Below are positions 17,865 through 26,453 of a DNA stretch of 43,650 bases, in pieces. The notes below the pieces were generated by a model that was not told the DNA's origin, ran no database searches, and saw only the letters and a list, made by a program, of their open reading frames with translations. Each line of letters starts with the position of its first letter. Position 1 is the stretch's first letter. A program made the position numbers and the translations under genes. Origin of the DNA: a virus (lineage: Duplodnaviria; Caudoviricetes); the IMG/VR virus record IMGVR_UViG_3300048857_000042, positions 1 to 43,650 of that record; one strand, written 5' to 3'.

Positions 17865-18428
17865 ATGAAGGCCAGAAAGCTGGCAAAGCTCGGGCGCAAG
17901 CGTGAGCAGGGTGAACGCGAGCCCAATGGCCGTCTGAGCCGGGCCACGAAGAAGGAAATTGAGGCCAAGAACCCGAACGAGATGAAGCGCCTCAGGGATG
18001 CTGCCATTCTCGGCATGCGGGATCCGCTCTGGGGTTCGGAGATCGGGAGGCTCTTCCTCAAGGGTCGCATCGATGAGGTTCAGTTCGAGGCCGGCAAGCG
18101 CTGGCGCAACTTGGTCGATGCCTGGCGCAAGAACCAGGTCGGACCGCAGATCGATCCGAAGTCCGGACTGGCCGTGCTCTTCGTCGAGAACAGGGGGCGG
18201 GGACGGGACCGGACCTACGACCCCGATGTGGTGGCAGCGACCCAGGAGACGGATCTGGCTCTCCGGCATGCTCTCGATGCCTTGAACGAGGCCGGGCAGC
18301 TGGAGAGCCGGACGGTTCGGGATTGCTGCGAGATGGACATTCCCATCATCGGCCTGAGTGAGATCTGGTGGCTCAGGGATGGATTGGATGCCCTGGCCAC
18401 TCACTGGCGTCTGCGGGATCGCAGGTAG
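17865..18428 (+). CDS. putative late regulator / hypothetical protein
   Basis: GRKREQGEREPNGRLSR...GSEIGRLFLKGRIDEVQFEAG...LRDGLDALATHW; lies at the end of the early operon (Q-like position). Confidence 0.7.
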   Translation: MKARKLAKLGRKREQGEREPNGRLSRATKKEIEAKNPNEMKRLRDAAILGMRDPLWGSEIGRLFLKGRIDEVQFEAGKRWRNLVDAWRKNQVGPQIDPKSGLAVLFVENRGRGRDRTYDPDVVAATQETDLALRHALDALNEAGQLESRTVRDCCEMDIPIIGLSEIWWLRDGLDALATHWRLRDRR

Positions 18429-18449
18429 CCGCAACCTGAGGAGAGAGCG

Positions 18450-18794
18450 ATGACTACGGAACCGAAGGTAAGCCTCGATGAGGCTCAAGCCATCGTCGAG
18501 ACCAAGACGGCGCCACGCGTCACGAAGGAATCGATCGAGGCGAAGATCCGCGAGACCCGTTACTTCTTCGACGGCACTCTGACTCTCGCTGTGATCGAGA
18601 TGAAGAACGGCTTCAAGGCCGTCGGCAAGGCTGCGCCGGCAGACGCCCGCAATTTCGATCCTGAGGTTGGAAAGCGGTTTTCCTATGAGGATGCCTTCCG
18701 CAGCCTCTGGCCGCACGAGGGTTATCTTCTGTGCGAGCAGCTGAGCGTTGCTCCAGATCCGGCGAGCTATCAGGACGCCGTACGGGTTGCTTGA
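18450..18794 (+). CDS. Phage_gp49_66 family protein (Acb4-like nucleotide sponge candidate)
   Basis: APRVTKESIEAKI...TLTLAVIEMKNGFKAVGKAAPADARNFDPEVGKRFSYEDAFRSLWPHEGYLL is the N4 Gp49/Sf6 gp66 signature. Confidence 0.85.
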   Translation: MTTEPKVSLDEAQAIVETKTAPRVTKESIEAKIRETRYFFDGTLTLAVIEMKNGFKAVGKAAPADARNFDPEVGKRFSYEDAFRSLWPHEGYLLCEQLSVAPDPASYQDAVRVA

Positions 18795-18828
18795 CATTTC
18801 TGACATCGGTATGTCAGTTAAATAGCGT
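18791..18828 (+). promoter_or_regulatory. putative late promoter with a palindromic site
   Basis: TTGACA at 18791-18796, then the inverted repeat CTGACAT-CGGT-ATGTCAG (18800-18817). Confidence 0.5.
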
Positions 18829-18838
18829 CCACAGAAAT

Positions 18839-18875
18839 GCGCCCCGGCCTCACGGCTTTGGGGCGCTTTCTTTTT
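18839..18875 (+). terminator. intrinsic terminator
   Basis: GCGCCCCGGCC-TCAC-GGCTTTGGGGCGC followed by TTTCTTTTT. Confidence 0.8.
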
Positions 18876-18900
18876 CGGCCTCCCTCACAATGTATCGGCT

Positions 18901-19167
18901 ATGAGCATCTTCGACACGTGCGCCGCCGAGCTGCGCGCTCTTGCCGATGAGGCGAGGCGTCTTCCTCCACCGAGCAATCGAAACCCGCACGCGTTCCATG
19001 AGGCGCGCGACGAGCTCGCATTGCGCATTTCAGAGATTGCGAACGTGTTATCCGGAAGTTTTCAGCTCGGCCGGTCAAAGCCGGAGACTTCCATCAAGCC
19101 AGGTTTCATCCGCAATGCGAAGGGCAAGGTCGTGCAGGTCGATTTTCGCGGACGTAGGCGAAGCTGA
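18901..19167 (+). CDS. hypothetical protein
   Basis: 88 aa, RRLPPPSNRNPHAFHEARDELA. Confidence 0.6.
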   Translation: MSIFDTCAAELRALADEARRLPPPSNRNPHAFHEARDELALRISEIANVLSGSFQLGRSKPETSIKPGFIRNAKGKVVQVDFRGRRRS

Positions 19168-19413
19168 GTAGCTCTGTTCCATTTCGGCGACAGAGCGGCT
19201 GGTTTGAACAATGTCCGAGGGGTAAGTATTCAGAAGCGCCTTGAAAGCCTGGAACCCTGCTTTCTCAGTTTCGAAGTGCTCTTCTACCAAGCGCCGTTCT
19301 GCCTCAAGGCAGTGCGATAGCAACATGGCTGAATAAGGATTGGGCGGCGGAATATCGTAAGCCAGTTTCTTTACTTCCTGGATGAAGTCGTCGATCCATG
19401 CGCGGTTCGTCAT
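19075..19413 (-). CDS. counter-oriented hypothetical protein
   Basis: 112 aa, lower-GC sequence, protein-like composition; 3' end overlaps 18901..19167. Confidence 0.5.
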   Translation of the reverse strand: MTNRAWIDDFIQEVKKLAYDIPPPNPYSAMLLSHCLEAERRLVEEHFETEKAGFQAFKALLNTYPSDIVQTSRSVAEMEQSYSASPTSAKIDLHDLALRIADETWLDGSLRL

Positions 19414-19649
19414 GCCCGCCCCCTGCTATCTCAGCCCTAACCTAAGAATATCGCAGGGTTGAGTAGGGTCATACTCCGCCAAAATAGCCGACTATCGGAT
19501 ACAGTTCATACCGAAGAGCAATCTACGATTTAGTTAGTCAAAGCGGGTCTGATTACTCACGATAACGGCCCTTCCCATGACTAACCGGGAATGGCTGAAA
19601 TCTAAGCACGATAAGATTTTCAGCCTCATTCGAGGTAGCAAAAATTAAC

Positions 19650-20612
19650 ATGCACACTCTGCCGGTGCCGGTCGCGCCGGCGGACAACGCGCCGACACTC
19701 ACGGATGCACTGAGGTCGGCCGCGGAGTACGCCCAGTCGGAGAAGGCTGACGCCACCCGGCGGGCGTATCTCTCCGACTTCCGAGATTTCCACACCTGGT
19801 GTGAAGCGGTGCAGGCCTCGGCGCTTCCAGCGTCGATCGAGACGACGGCCGCCTACCTCGCCCAGCTGGCCGACAAGGGACTGAAGGCTTCGACCATCAA
19901 CCGCCGCGCAGCCGCCATCGGTTACGTGCACCGGGCGAAAGGGTTCGAGCCGCCAACGAATGCGGAGCCGGTCAAGGCCGTGCTCCGGGGGATCCGCTGC
20001 CGCTTAGGGGCAGCCGTGACTCGCAAAGATCCGGCAACGGCATCGGCCATCGCAAGAATGGTGCGGCGGATCCCCGATAACCTTCAGGGCAAGAGAGACA
20101 GGGCGCTCCTGCTCCTCGGCTTCGCCGCCGCGCTCCGCCGCTCCGAGCTGGTCGCGCTCGACGTGGTGGACTTGGAACGGATGCCGGAGGGCATTCTAGT
20201 CCACATCCGCAAGTCCAAGACGGATCAGGAGGGCGAGGGCCACCAGGTGGCAGTGCCGCGGGGCTCGAAGCTCAAGCCCGTTGAGGCGCTCGAGGACTGG
20301 CTCCGCTCCGCCGCCGTGGAAACCGGTCCGGTCTTCCGGTCAATCAAAAAAGGCGGAAAGGCAACCGCGCAGCGCCTGTCTGAGGGCTCAGTCGCCTCGA
20401 TTGTAAAGCGCTATGCCGAAGCGGCCGGGCTCGACCCTGACACCATGTCAGGCCACTCGCTGCGCGCCGGCTTCGTCACCTCCGCCCTTGAGGCCGGCGC
20501 TGACCTCTTGAAGGTCATGGACGTCACCCGCCACCGGGAAGTGAAAACCCTCAAGGCCTACGACCGCCGAGCGAAGGCCTTCAAGAACCATGCCGGCAAG
20601 GGATTTCTCTAG
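19650..20612 (+). CDS. Cre-like tyrosine recombinase/resolvase
   Basis: SAM-like N-domain (TRRAYLSDFRDF), RDRALLLLGFAAALRRSEL, KSKTDQ, SGHSLRAG, TRH...KAY. Confidence 0.92.
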   Translation: MHTLPVPVAPADNAPTLTDALRSAAEYAQSEKADATRRAYLSDFRDFHTWCEAVQASALPASIETTAAYLAQLADKGLKASTINRRAAAIGYVHRAKGFEPPTNAEPVKAVLRGIRCRLGAAVTRKDPATASAIARMVRRIPDNLQGKRDRALLLLGFAAALRRSELVALDVVDLERMPEGILVHIRKSKTDQEGEGHQVAVPRGSKLKPVEALEDWLRSAAVETGPVFRSIKKGGKATAQRLSEGSVASIVKRYAEAAGLDPDTMSGHSLRAGFVTSALEAGADLLKVMDVTRHREVKTLKAYDRRAKAFKNHAGKGFL

Positions 20613-20674
20613 ATGCCAATCGGCGGGACTCGCAAAGCTTAACCGCAACTCCTATCTTAGCTCCAACCAAAACG

Positions 20675-21151
20675 GTGGAGTTAGAAGTGGACGAGACTGA
20701 AAAGAAAATCGCTGCCTTCAATGCGTCGCGTCAAAAGCTGTACCAAGATAGAGCCGCACAAGAGCAGGATGCTCAAAAGGCTGAGCAGGAACGGCTGAGG
20801 ATCATGGAGAAAGCGAAAGCCGCAATTCCGCAGTTCTCCTACACAGCGGAGGCGTCAGCAGCGAGTACCCAGCTGAAGCTCCAAGAGGGTTTCATTGCCG
20901 TTGATTTCTCCGAGCGGCCGCCCATGGGAGACAAGGTTATCGCCGAGTACACGGTGACTGTGCGTGACACCAAAGCTCCGGCGACTGGCCGAGCCATGAC
21001 TTGGAAGGTCTTCGAAGACGGCAGGCTCATTATCAGAGTTCCCGAGCCACATGATAAGGCGGTAGTAAAACCAGAGATTTCCGTGTTCGATTATGATCAA
21101 AAGCGTCTCGAAGCTTTGATCCTCGATTTCGCATTCGCTGTTTATTCGTAG
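20675..21151 (+). CDS. accessory hypothetical protein
   Basis: 158 aa ORF with a coiled-coil N-terminus, followed by its own terminator. Confidence 0.65.
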   Translation: MELEVDETEKKIAAFNASRQKLYQDRAAQEQDAQKAEQERLRIMEKAKAAIPQFSYTAEASAASTQLKLQEGFIAVDFSERPPMGDKVIAEYTVTVRDTKAPATGRAMTWKVFEDGRLIIRVPEPHDKAVVKPEISVFDYDQKRLEALILDFAFAVYS

Positions 21152-21177
21152 TATCGAGCTCGAATTCGCAACACGAG

Positions 21178-21205
21178 AGCCCCGGTTGTACCCGCCGGGG
21201 CTTTT
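21178..21205 (+). terminator. intrinsic terminator
   Basis: AGCCCCGG-TTGTACCCG-CCGGGGCT then TTT. Confidence 0.7.
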
Positions 21206-21251
21206 CATTTCTGGACACAGTCCGGTGCAACTGGACGATCGATGCTTATTT

Positions 21252-21563
21252 TCATTCTTGACCCTCACACTGGTTTGAACCTCTCGCTCGCCTCTCAGTC
21301 CGAAGTGCTCACCGAGGATTTGGTGGAGCTCGCATAATGTGTCACGCGTGAAAGGCCCACATCAGCAGCAGCCCAACAAGCCCGACGATCAGGATCAGGA
21401 TGAGCGCTATCCAAAATTGTCGCTGTCCGCTGGGCAAATCGCCGAACATAGCCGCCTCCAAAGGCACTCACGTCACGTCTGACAAGTAGGGCAGAGATAG
21501 CCCCGAGGCTTGGCTGATGCTCATTCTCGACCCCCGCACCGGCTTGAGCGTCTCGCTCGCCTC
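21252..21563 (+). repeat. 43-bp imperfect direct repeat (21252-21294 / 21521-21563)
   Basis: 36/43 identical by manual alignment; both copies read I-L-D-P-x-T-G-L-x-x-S-L-A-S in frame with an upstream ATG. Confidence 0.8.
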
Positions 21564-21580
21564 CATCACCCGTGGCACCC

Positions 21581-22303
21581 ATGGCACTGACCGACAAGCA
21601 AAAGAGGTTCGTCGAGGAATACCTCGTGGACCTGAACGCCACGCAGGCGGCCATTCGGGCGGGCTACAGCGAGCAGACGGCCCACGTCCAAGGCCCGCGC
21701 CTGTTAGAGAATGTTAGAGTCCAGGAGGCGATTGCAGCGGCCCAGGAAGCCCGCTCTGCCCGGGTGGAAATCACTCAGGACATGGTGCTTCAGCGCTGGT
21801 GGGAGATCGCCACAGCTGATCCAAACGAGCTGATCCAGCTGCGCCGAACCTGCTGCCGCTACTGCCATGGGATCGATCATCAGTACCAGTGGACTGAGCG
21901 GGAGTACTTCGAGGCCGTTGGTGCTTCGAGCAAGGCTGAACAGCCGTTGCCCTCTGACGCCGGCGGCTTTGGATATGACCGCACCCGCGATCCTCATCCC
22001 AATTGCCCGGAGTGCCATGGCGAAGGGCGAGAAGACGTCTTCGCAAATGATACCCGCAAGGTGAAAGGCGGCGCCCGCTTCCTCTATTCGGGCGTGAAGG
22101 TCACGAAGGACGGCATCGAGATCAAGATGCAGGACCAGGGCAAGGCGCTTGAGAACGTCGCCCGCCATCTCGGCATGTTCAAAGAGAAGGTGGAGCACGA
22201 GCACACCGGCAAGGACGGCGGCCCGATCGAAATGGATGCGACGGACCGGGAGCGCGCCAAGGCTCTGGCGGCCCTGATCGCAAAGGCCAAGAGCTCGAAG
22301 TGA
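21581..22303 (+). CDS. terminase small subunit with Cys-rich insertion
   Basis: MALTDKQKRFVEEYLVDLNATQAAIRAGYS; CCRYCHG...CPECHGEG; KALENVARHLGMFKEKVEHEHTGKDGGPIE. Confidence 0.92.
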   Translation: MALTDKQKRFVEEYLVDLNATQAAIRAGYSEQTAHVQGPRLLENVRVQEAIAAAQEARSARVEITQDMVLQRWWEIATADPNELIQLRRTCCRYCHGIDHQYQWTEREYFEAVGASSKAEQPLPSDAGGFGYDRTRDPHPNCPECHGEGREDVFANDTRKVKGGARFLYSGVKVTKDGIEIKMQDQGKALENVARHLGMFKEKVEHEHTGKDGGPIEMDATDRERAKALAALIAKAKSSK

Positions 22304-23940
22304 GCGACGTCATCGCAGAGCTTGAGGCTCTGATCAAAGGTATGTCCGAGGAGGATAAGGCGGAGCTCGACAAGCTCATCCTGCCCGAGCTGAAGGCCAT
22401 CTGGCTGCCTAATCCCGGCCCGCAGACGTCGGCCCTCCACTCCGAGGCTGATATCCTGCTCTACGGCGGTGCCGCCGGCGGCGGTAAGTCGGACCTGCTC
22501 ATCGGCGCTGCCCTCACACAGCATGATCGGACGGTCCTGTTCCGCAGGCAGTTCACGGATCTTAAGGGCTTAGAGCAGCGCCTGTTCGAGATCGCCGGCC
22601 GCTCTGGCTGGAACGGCCAGGATCACGCCATGCGGCGGCCCGACGGCCGCGTGATCGAATTCGGCGCTCTTGAGAAGCCGGAATCGGAGAAGAGCTGGCA
22701 AGGACGCCCACACGATCTCATCGGCTTCGACGAGGGCGCGCAGCTCCCTGAAGCAAAGGTCCGGTTCGTGATGGGCTGGCTTCGCTCTGCCAAGGAGGGC
22801 CAGCGCTGCCGCGTGATCATCGCCTCGAACCCACCCATCGGTGCGGAGGGCGACTGGATGGTTGTCTGGTTCGCTCCATGGCTCGATGCCGCCTTCGACA
22901 ATCCGGCTGCACCTGGTGAGCTGCGCTGGGCTGTGATCGCGCCCGATGGCTCGACGGTCTGGGTCTCGGGCCCAGGCTATTACGTCGTCAGCGCCAATGA
23001 GAACGGCGCTCTTCAGTGCCGAGAGGCCACTCCTGAGGAGGTGGCAGACGCTGAGCTGGGCAAGGGCGATGCACTCAAGGCCATGTCGCGGACCTTCATC
23101 CCGGCCCGGCTCGACGACAACCCGTATCTGAGGACCACGAACTACCGCGCCAGCGTCATGGCGCTGCCTGAGCCTCTCCGGTCGAAGTTGCTCAAGGGCG
23201 ACTTCATGGCCGGCAAGGAGGACGCCGCCAACCAGGTCATCCCCACGGCCTGGATCGAAGCGGCCATGGAGCGTTGGAAGCAGCGGTCGAAGCCTACATG
23301 CCCGATGACGACGCTGGGCGTGGACGTGGCTCAAGGCGGCTCGGACAAGACGGTGCTCGCGCCGCTCTATGACACCTGGTTTGGTGAACTGGTCCGCAAG
23401 GATGGCGTCGACACCAAGAATGGTGCTGCCGTCGGCGCTCTGGTCATCGAGCACATGAGGGACAAGTGCCAGGTCAATATCGACCTGACCGGCGGCTGGG
23501 GCGGCGGTGCGCAGACCCACCTCGAAGACAATGTGCCGGGCATCAGGGTTGAGCCTGTCGTGTTCTCCGAGGGCTCACCAGGCGAGCGTACCCGGGAAAG
23601 CCAGCTCGAGTTCCTGAACAAGCGGGCAGAGCTCTGGTGGCGCTTCCGCGAGGCTCTCGACCCGGTTCATGGCGATGACATCGCGCTTCCGCCCGATCGG
23701 CGGCTCGCTGCGCAACTCGCCTCACCGACCTGGTGGTTGAAGTCGCGCTCGGGCGCGGCCGCCATCCAGATCGAACAGAAAGACGAAATTCGTAAGCGGC
23801 TCGGATCGTCCACCGACGACGCCGATGCCGTGATCATTGCTTGGTACCGCCGCCGGCAAGCGCTTTCGCGCATCGGTGGCAGCGAGCGACGGAGCCGACG
23901 CCGCGGCGCACGGGGCGGCAGTGGCTGGATGGGTGCCTGA
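22300..23940 (+). CDS. terminase large subunit
   Basis: Walker A YGGAAGGGKS, Walker B LIGFDEG, ASNPP, nuclease GVDVAQGGSD and STDDADA. Confidence 0.95.
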   Translation: MSDVIAELEALIKGMSEEDKAELDKLILPELKAIWLPNPGPQTSALHSEADILLYGGAAGGGKSDLLIGAALTQHDRTVLFRRQFTDLKGLEQRLFEIAGRSGWNGQDHAMRRPDGRVIEFGALEKPESEKSWQGRPHDLIGFDEGAQLPEAKVRFVMGWLRSAKEGQRCRVIIASNPPIGAEGDWMVVWFAPWLDAAFDNPAAPGELRWAVIAPDGSTVWVSGPGYYVVSANENGALQCREATPEEVADAELGKGDALKAMSRTFIPARLDDNPYLRTTNYRASVMALPEPLRSKLLKGDFMAGKEDAANQVIPTAWIEAAMERWKQRSKPTCPMTTLGVDVAQGGSDKTVLAPLYDTWFGELVRKDGVDTKNGAAVGALVIEHMRDKCQVNIDLTGGWGGGAQTHLEDNVPGIRVEPVVFSEGSPGERTRESQLEFLNKRAELWWRFREALDPVHGDDIALPPDRRLAAQLASPTWWLKSRSGAAAIQIEQKDEIRKRLGSSTDDADAVIIAWYRRRQALSRIGGSERRSRRRGARGGSGWMGA

Positions 23941-26051
23941 TGGCTGACGAAACCAAGAAATCTGTCGACGTCGACGGTACCGACAAGGACACCGACTTCC
24001 ACCGTGAGGCCGTGGCGAGGTACGACGCCGCTTGGCAGCGCGAGCAGGAGAACATCACGGCAGCCTATGAGGATCTCGAATTCCTCACCGGAGAGCAGTG
24101 GGACCTCATGATCAAGGCAGAGCGCGAGGCGGAGAACCGCCCGTGCATGACGATCAACGAGCTGCCCCAGTTCATCCGGCAGATCACGGGCGACATCCGC
24201 CAGATGCGGCCGGCCATTAAGTGCGTGGCGGTTGATGATCGCGGTGACCCGGACACTGCGAATGTGCTGGCTGGGATGATCCGCTACATCGAGAACCGCT
24301 CAAGGGCGTCATCGGTCTACTTCAAGGGCGCTGACAGCCAGGTGCAGGCCGGCATTGGACACTGGCGCGTGGTCACTGAGTACGCATCGGACACGACGTT
24401 CAACCAGGAAATCCGCATTGCTCGGATTGAGGATGGGGTGGGCGTTCTCTGGGATCCGGACGCGATCGAGCAGAGCCGCGAAGACGCGATGTACTGCTTC
24501 GTGCCGGTAGATATGAGCATCGGGGCGTTCGAGAAGAAGTACCCGCACGCCTCCACAGACAGCTTCGGCGACCAGCAGCATCGCGCCTATCAGGGCTGGT
24601 TCACGGATGATTCCGTGCGCGTGGCCGAATATTGGTACAAGGAGCCTATCAAGCGGAAGCTTCTGGTCATTGAGACACAGATCGATGACCTGACCGACGC
24701 GGATCCGGAGGAATTGGCTGAGGCTGAAGCTCTGGTAGCGAGCGCCTCAGCAGCCGGGCTCGATGCCCGGATCGAGGAGCGTGACGGATACCAAGTCATG
24801 TGGGCCGTGATCAGCGGCTCTGAGGTACTGGAGAAGCCCAAGAAGTGGCCCGGCCGGTTCATCCCGATCGTGCCAGTGATCGGTGAAGAGATCCAGGTTG
24901 GCCGCAAGCGCTTCCGGCATGGCGCCATCCGCTTTGCCCGCGATCCGCAGCGCCTGCTCAACTATTACATGTCTGCTGACACAGAGATCGTGGCGCTGCA
25001 GCCCAAATCGCCGTTCGTCGGGACGGAAAAGAACTTCGAGCGTTTCCAGGAGGAATGGGAGAACGCAAATAGCCAGAACCTGCCGTACCTAACCTATACG
25101 CCTGATCCGGCCAATGGCGGCATTCGGCCTGAGCGTGTCCAGCCGCCCGTCTCCTCGCAAGGAATCCGGGACGGCATTCAACTCGCATCCGAAAAGCTCA
25201 GAGCGACGACGGGCATTTACGACGCGTCACTCGGCCGCCAGAGCAACGAGACCAGCGGAAAGGCGATTGTGGCCCGTCAGCGTGAGGGCGATACCGGCAC
25301 CTACGTCTATGTCGAGAACTTCAGTCAGGCCATTGGCCATACAGGCAGCATCGTCGCCGACCTGATTCCACACATCTACGACACGGCGCGCACGGTCCGG
25401 ATTGTCGGCGAGGACGGCAAGGAGGAGCTGGTCAAGATCAACCAGCCCGTCGGCGTGGCTCTCGATGGTATTGCGGCGATTCAGCATGACGTCACGGTTG
25501 GAGCCTATGACGTCGTGATGTCCATGGGCCCGTCTTACAATACCAGGCGCGAAGAGGCCCGGGACGGCATGCAGGCTTTCCTCCAATCGAGCCCTGAGGT
25601 TGCCGGTGGCTTTATCGATCTTGTTGCCGATGCTCAGGACTGGCCGAACAAGGACAAGATCCGCGAGCGTGCCGAGCTGCTCCTCCCACCCCAGGTTCGG
25701 GCCGCCATAGCCCAGGAGAAGGGTGAGCCGCTTCCGCCGTCGCCTCAGGAGCAGGCCCACGCCCAGGCCGAGCAGCAGCAACAGGAGCTCGTAGGCCAGG
25801 AGCATCAGATGAAGCTGGCCGAGCTTCAGGTGAAGGGTAAAGAGCTACAGCTCAAGGAGGCCGAGCTCGAGGCGAAACTCGCCGCGCTCGCAATGCCGAC
25901 CCAGCCAGCCGCCGATCCGCGCGTTGAGCAGCTCGCCGCCACTGTTCAGGAAATGGGCCAGGTGCTGGGTGCGATCGTCCAAGCTTTACAGCCCGAGCAA
26001 CCTGCTCCGATGCCTGAACAAGCTTCATCGATAGCGCAGGCACAAATGTGA
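23940..26051 (+). CDS. P22-like portal protein
   Basis: EDLEFLTGEQW...NRPCMTINEL...GRFIPIVPVIGE...ARDPQRLLNY...SNETSGKAIVARQ; long Q/E-rich barrel; ATG 23940 overlaps the TerL stop. Confidence 0.92.
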   Translation: MADETKKSVDVDGTDKDTDFHREAVARYDAAWQREQENITAAYEDLEFLTGEQWDLMIKAEREAENRPCMTINELPQFIRQITGDIRQMRPAIKCVAVDDRGDPDTANVLAGMIRYIENRSRASSVYFKGADSQVQAGIGHWRVVTEYASDTTFNQEIRIARIEDGVGVLWDPDAIEQSREDAMYCFVPVDMSIGAFEKKYPHASTDSFGDQQHRAYQGWFTDDSVRVAEYWYKEPIKRKLLVIETQIDDLTDADPEELAEAEALVASASAAGLDARIEERDGYQVMWAVISGSEVLEKPKKWPGRFIPIVPVIGEEIQVGRKRFRHGAIRFARDPQRLLNYYMSADTEIVALQPKSPFVGTEKNFERFQEEWENANSQNLPYLTYTPDPANGGIRPERVQPPVSSQGIRDGIQLASEKLRATTGIYDASLGRQSNETSGKAIVARQREGDTGTYVYVENFSQAIGHTGSIVADLIPHIYDTARTVRIVGEDGKEELVKINQPVGVALDGIAAIQHDVTVGAYDVVMSMGPSYNTRREEARDGMQAFLQSSPEVAGGFIDLVADAQDWPNKDKIRERAELLLPPQVRAAIAQEKGEPLPPSPQEQAHAQAEQQQQELVGQEHQMKLAELQVKGKELQLKEAELEAKLAALAMPTQPAADPRVEQLAATVQEMGQVLGAIVQALQPEQPAPMPEQASSIAQAQM

Positions 26052-26052
26052 A

Positions 26053-26448
26053 GCGCCCCAGCTGAAGACCTTGTCAATAACATCAGCCAGGGCGCAGACG
26101 GAGTGGGGCAACACTCCGCATTTGTTCGGGCTGATACGCAACACGCCCGGTGAGATGATACTGATCGAACTCGGTAAACATTCAGTGTGTTGGGAACGCC
26201 CCAGCCGAGAGAGATTCGCTTTAACTCTCAGCCAGGGCGCCGTGACTTCCGTAGGGGCAACCACTTGAGCCACGCGGTAAATGCTAAGCGATCTCTTTTG
26301 ATCCGCAATTGAGCAAGCGAGGTGGGTCTTTGGTCCTGAAACTCGAACTCTCTGCTTTCAGGGGTAGCCCATAAAACTGAAACGCCCCGGCTGAGGGCTG
26401 TCTGAAACCTCAACCAGGGCGTCTAAGCGGTGCCGGTTGCAACACCGC
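26053..26448 (-). ncRNA. putative modular structured ncRNA / hairpin array (unknown family)
   Basis: Three CGCCCUGG(C/U)UGA-loop-UC(A/G)GC(C/U)GGGGCG hairpins (26382-26422, 26196-26240, 26053-26095), each preceded by a GUUGC hairpin; all non-Watson-Crick pairs in the conserved stems are G-U on the minus strand; own promoter. Confidence 0.7.
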
Positions 26449-26453
26449 GCAAC

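Noticed and set aside
18839-18866. Fourth copy of the array hairpin (GCGCCCCGGC...GGGGCGC)
   Set aside because: Similar GC clamp but lacks the UGA/UCAG core, long loop and GUUGC hairpin, and has a full U-tract; treated as an ordinary terminator
26025-26413. Short ORFs (26025..26273, 26071..26268, 26228..26413) as a frameshifted gene
   Set aside because: No good RBS, non-ATG starts, and the shared peptide bits simply reflect the hairpin repeats; RNA structure explains the region better
26053-26448. CRISPR array or TIGR-type array
   Set aside because: Unit spacing is irregular (about 143 and 186 nt), variable parts sit inside long stems, and no cas or Nop-domain gene was seen in the window
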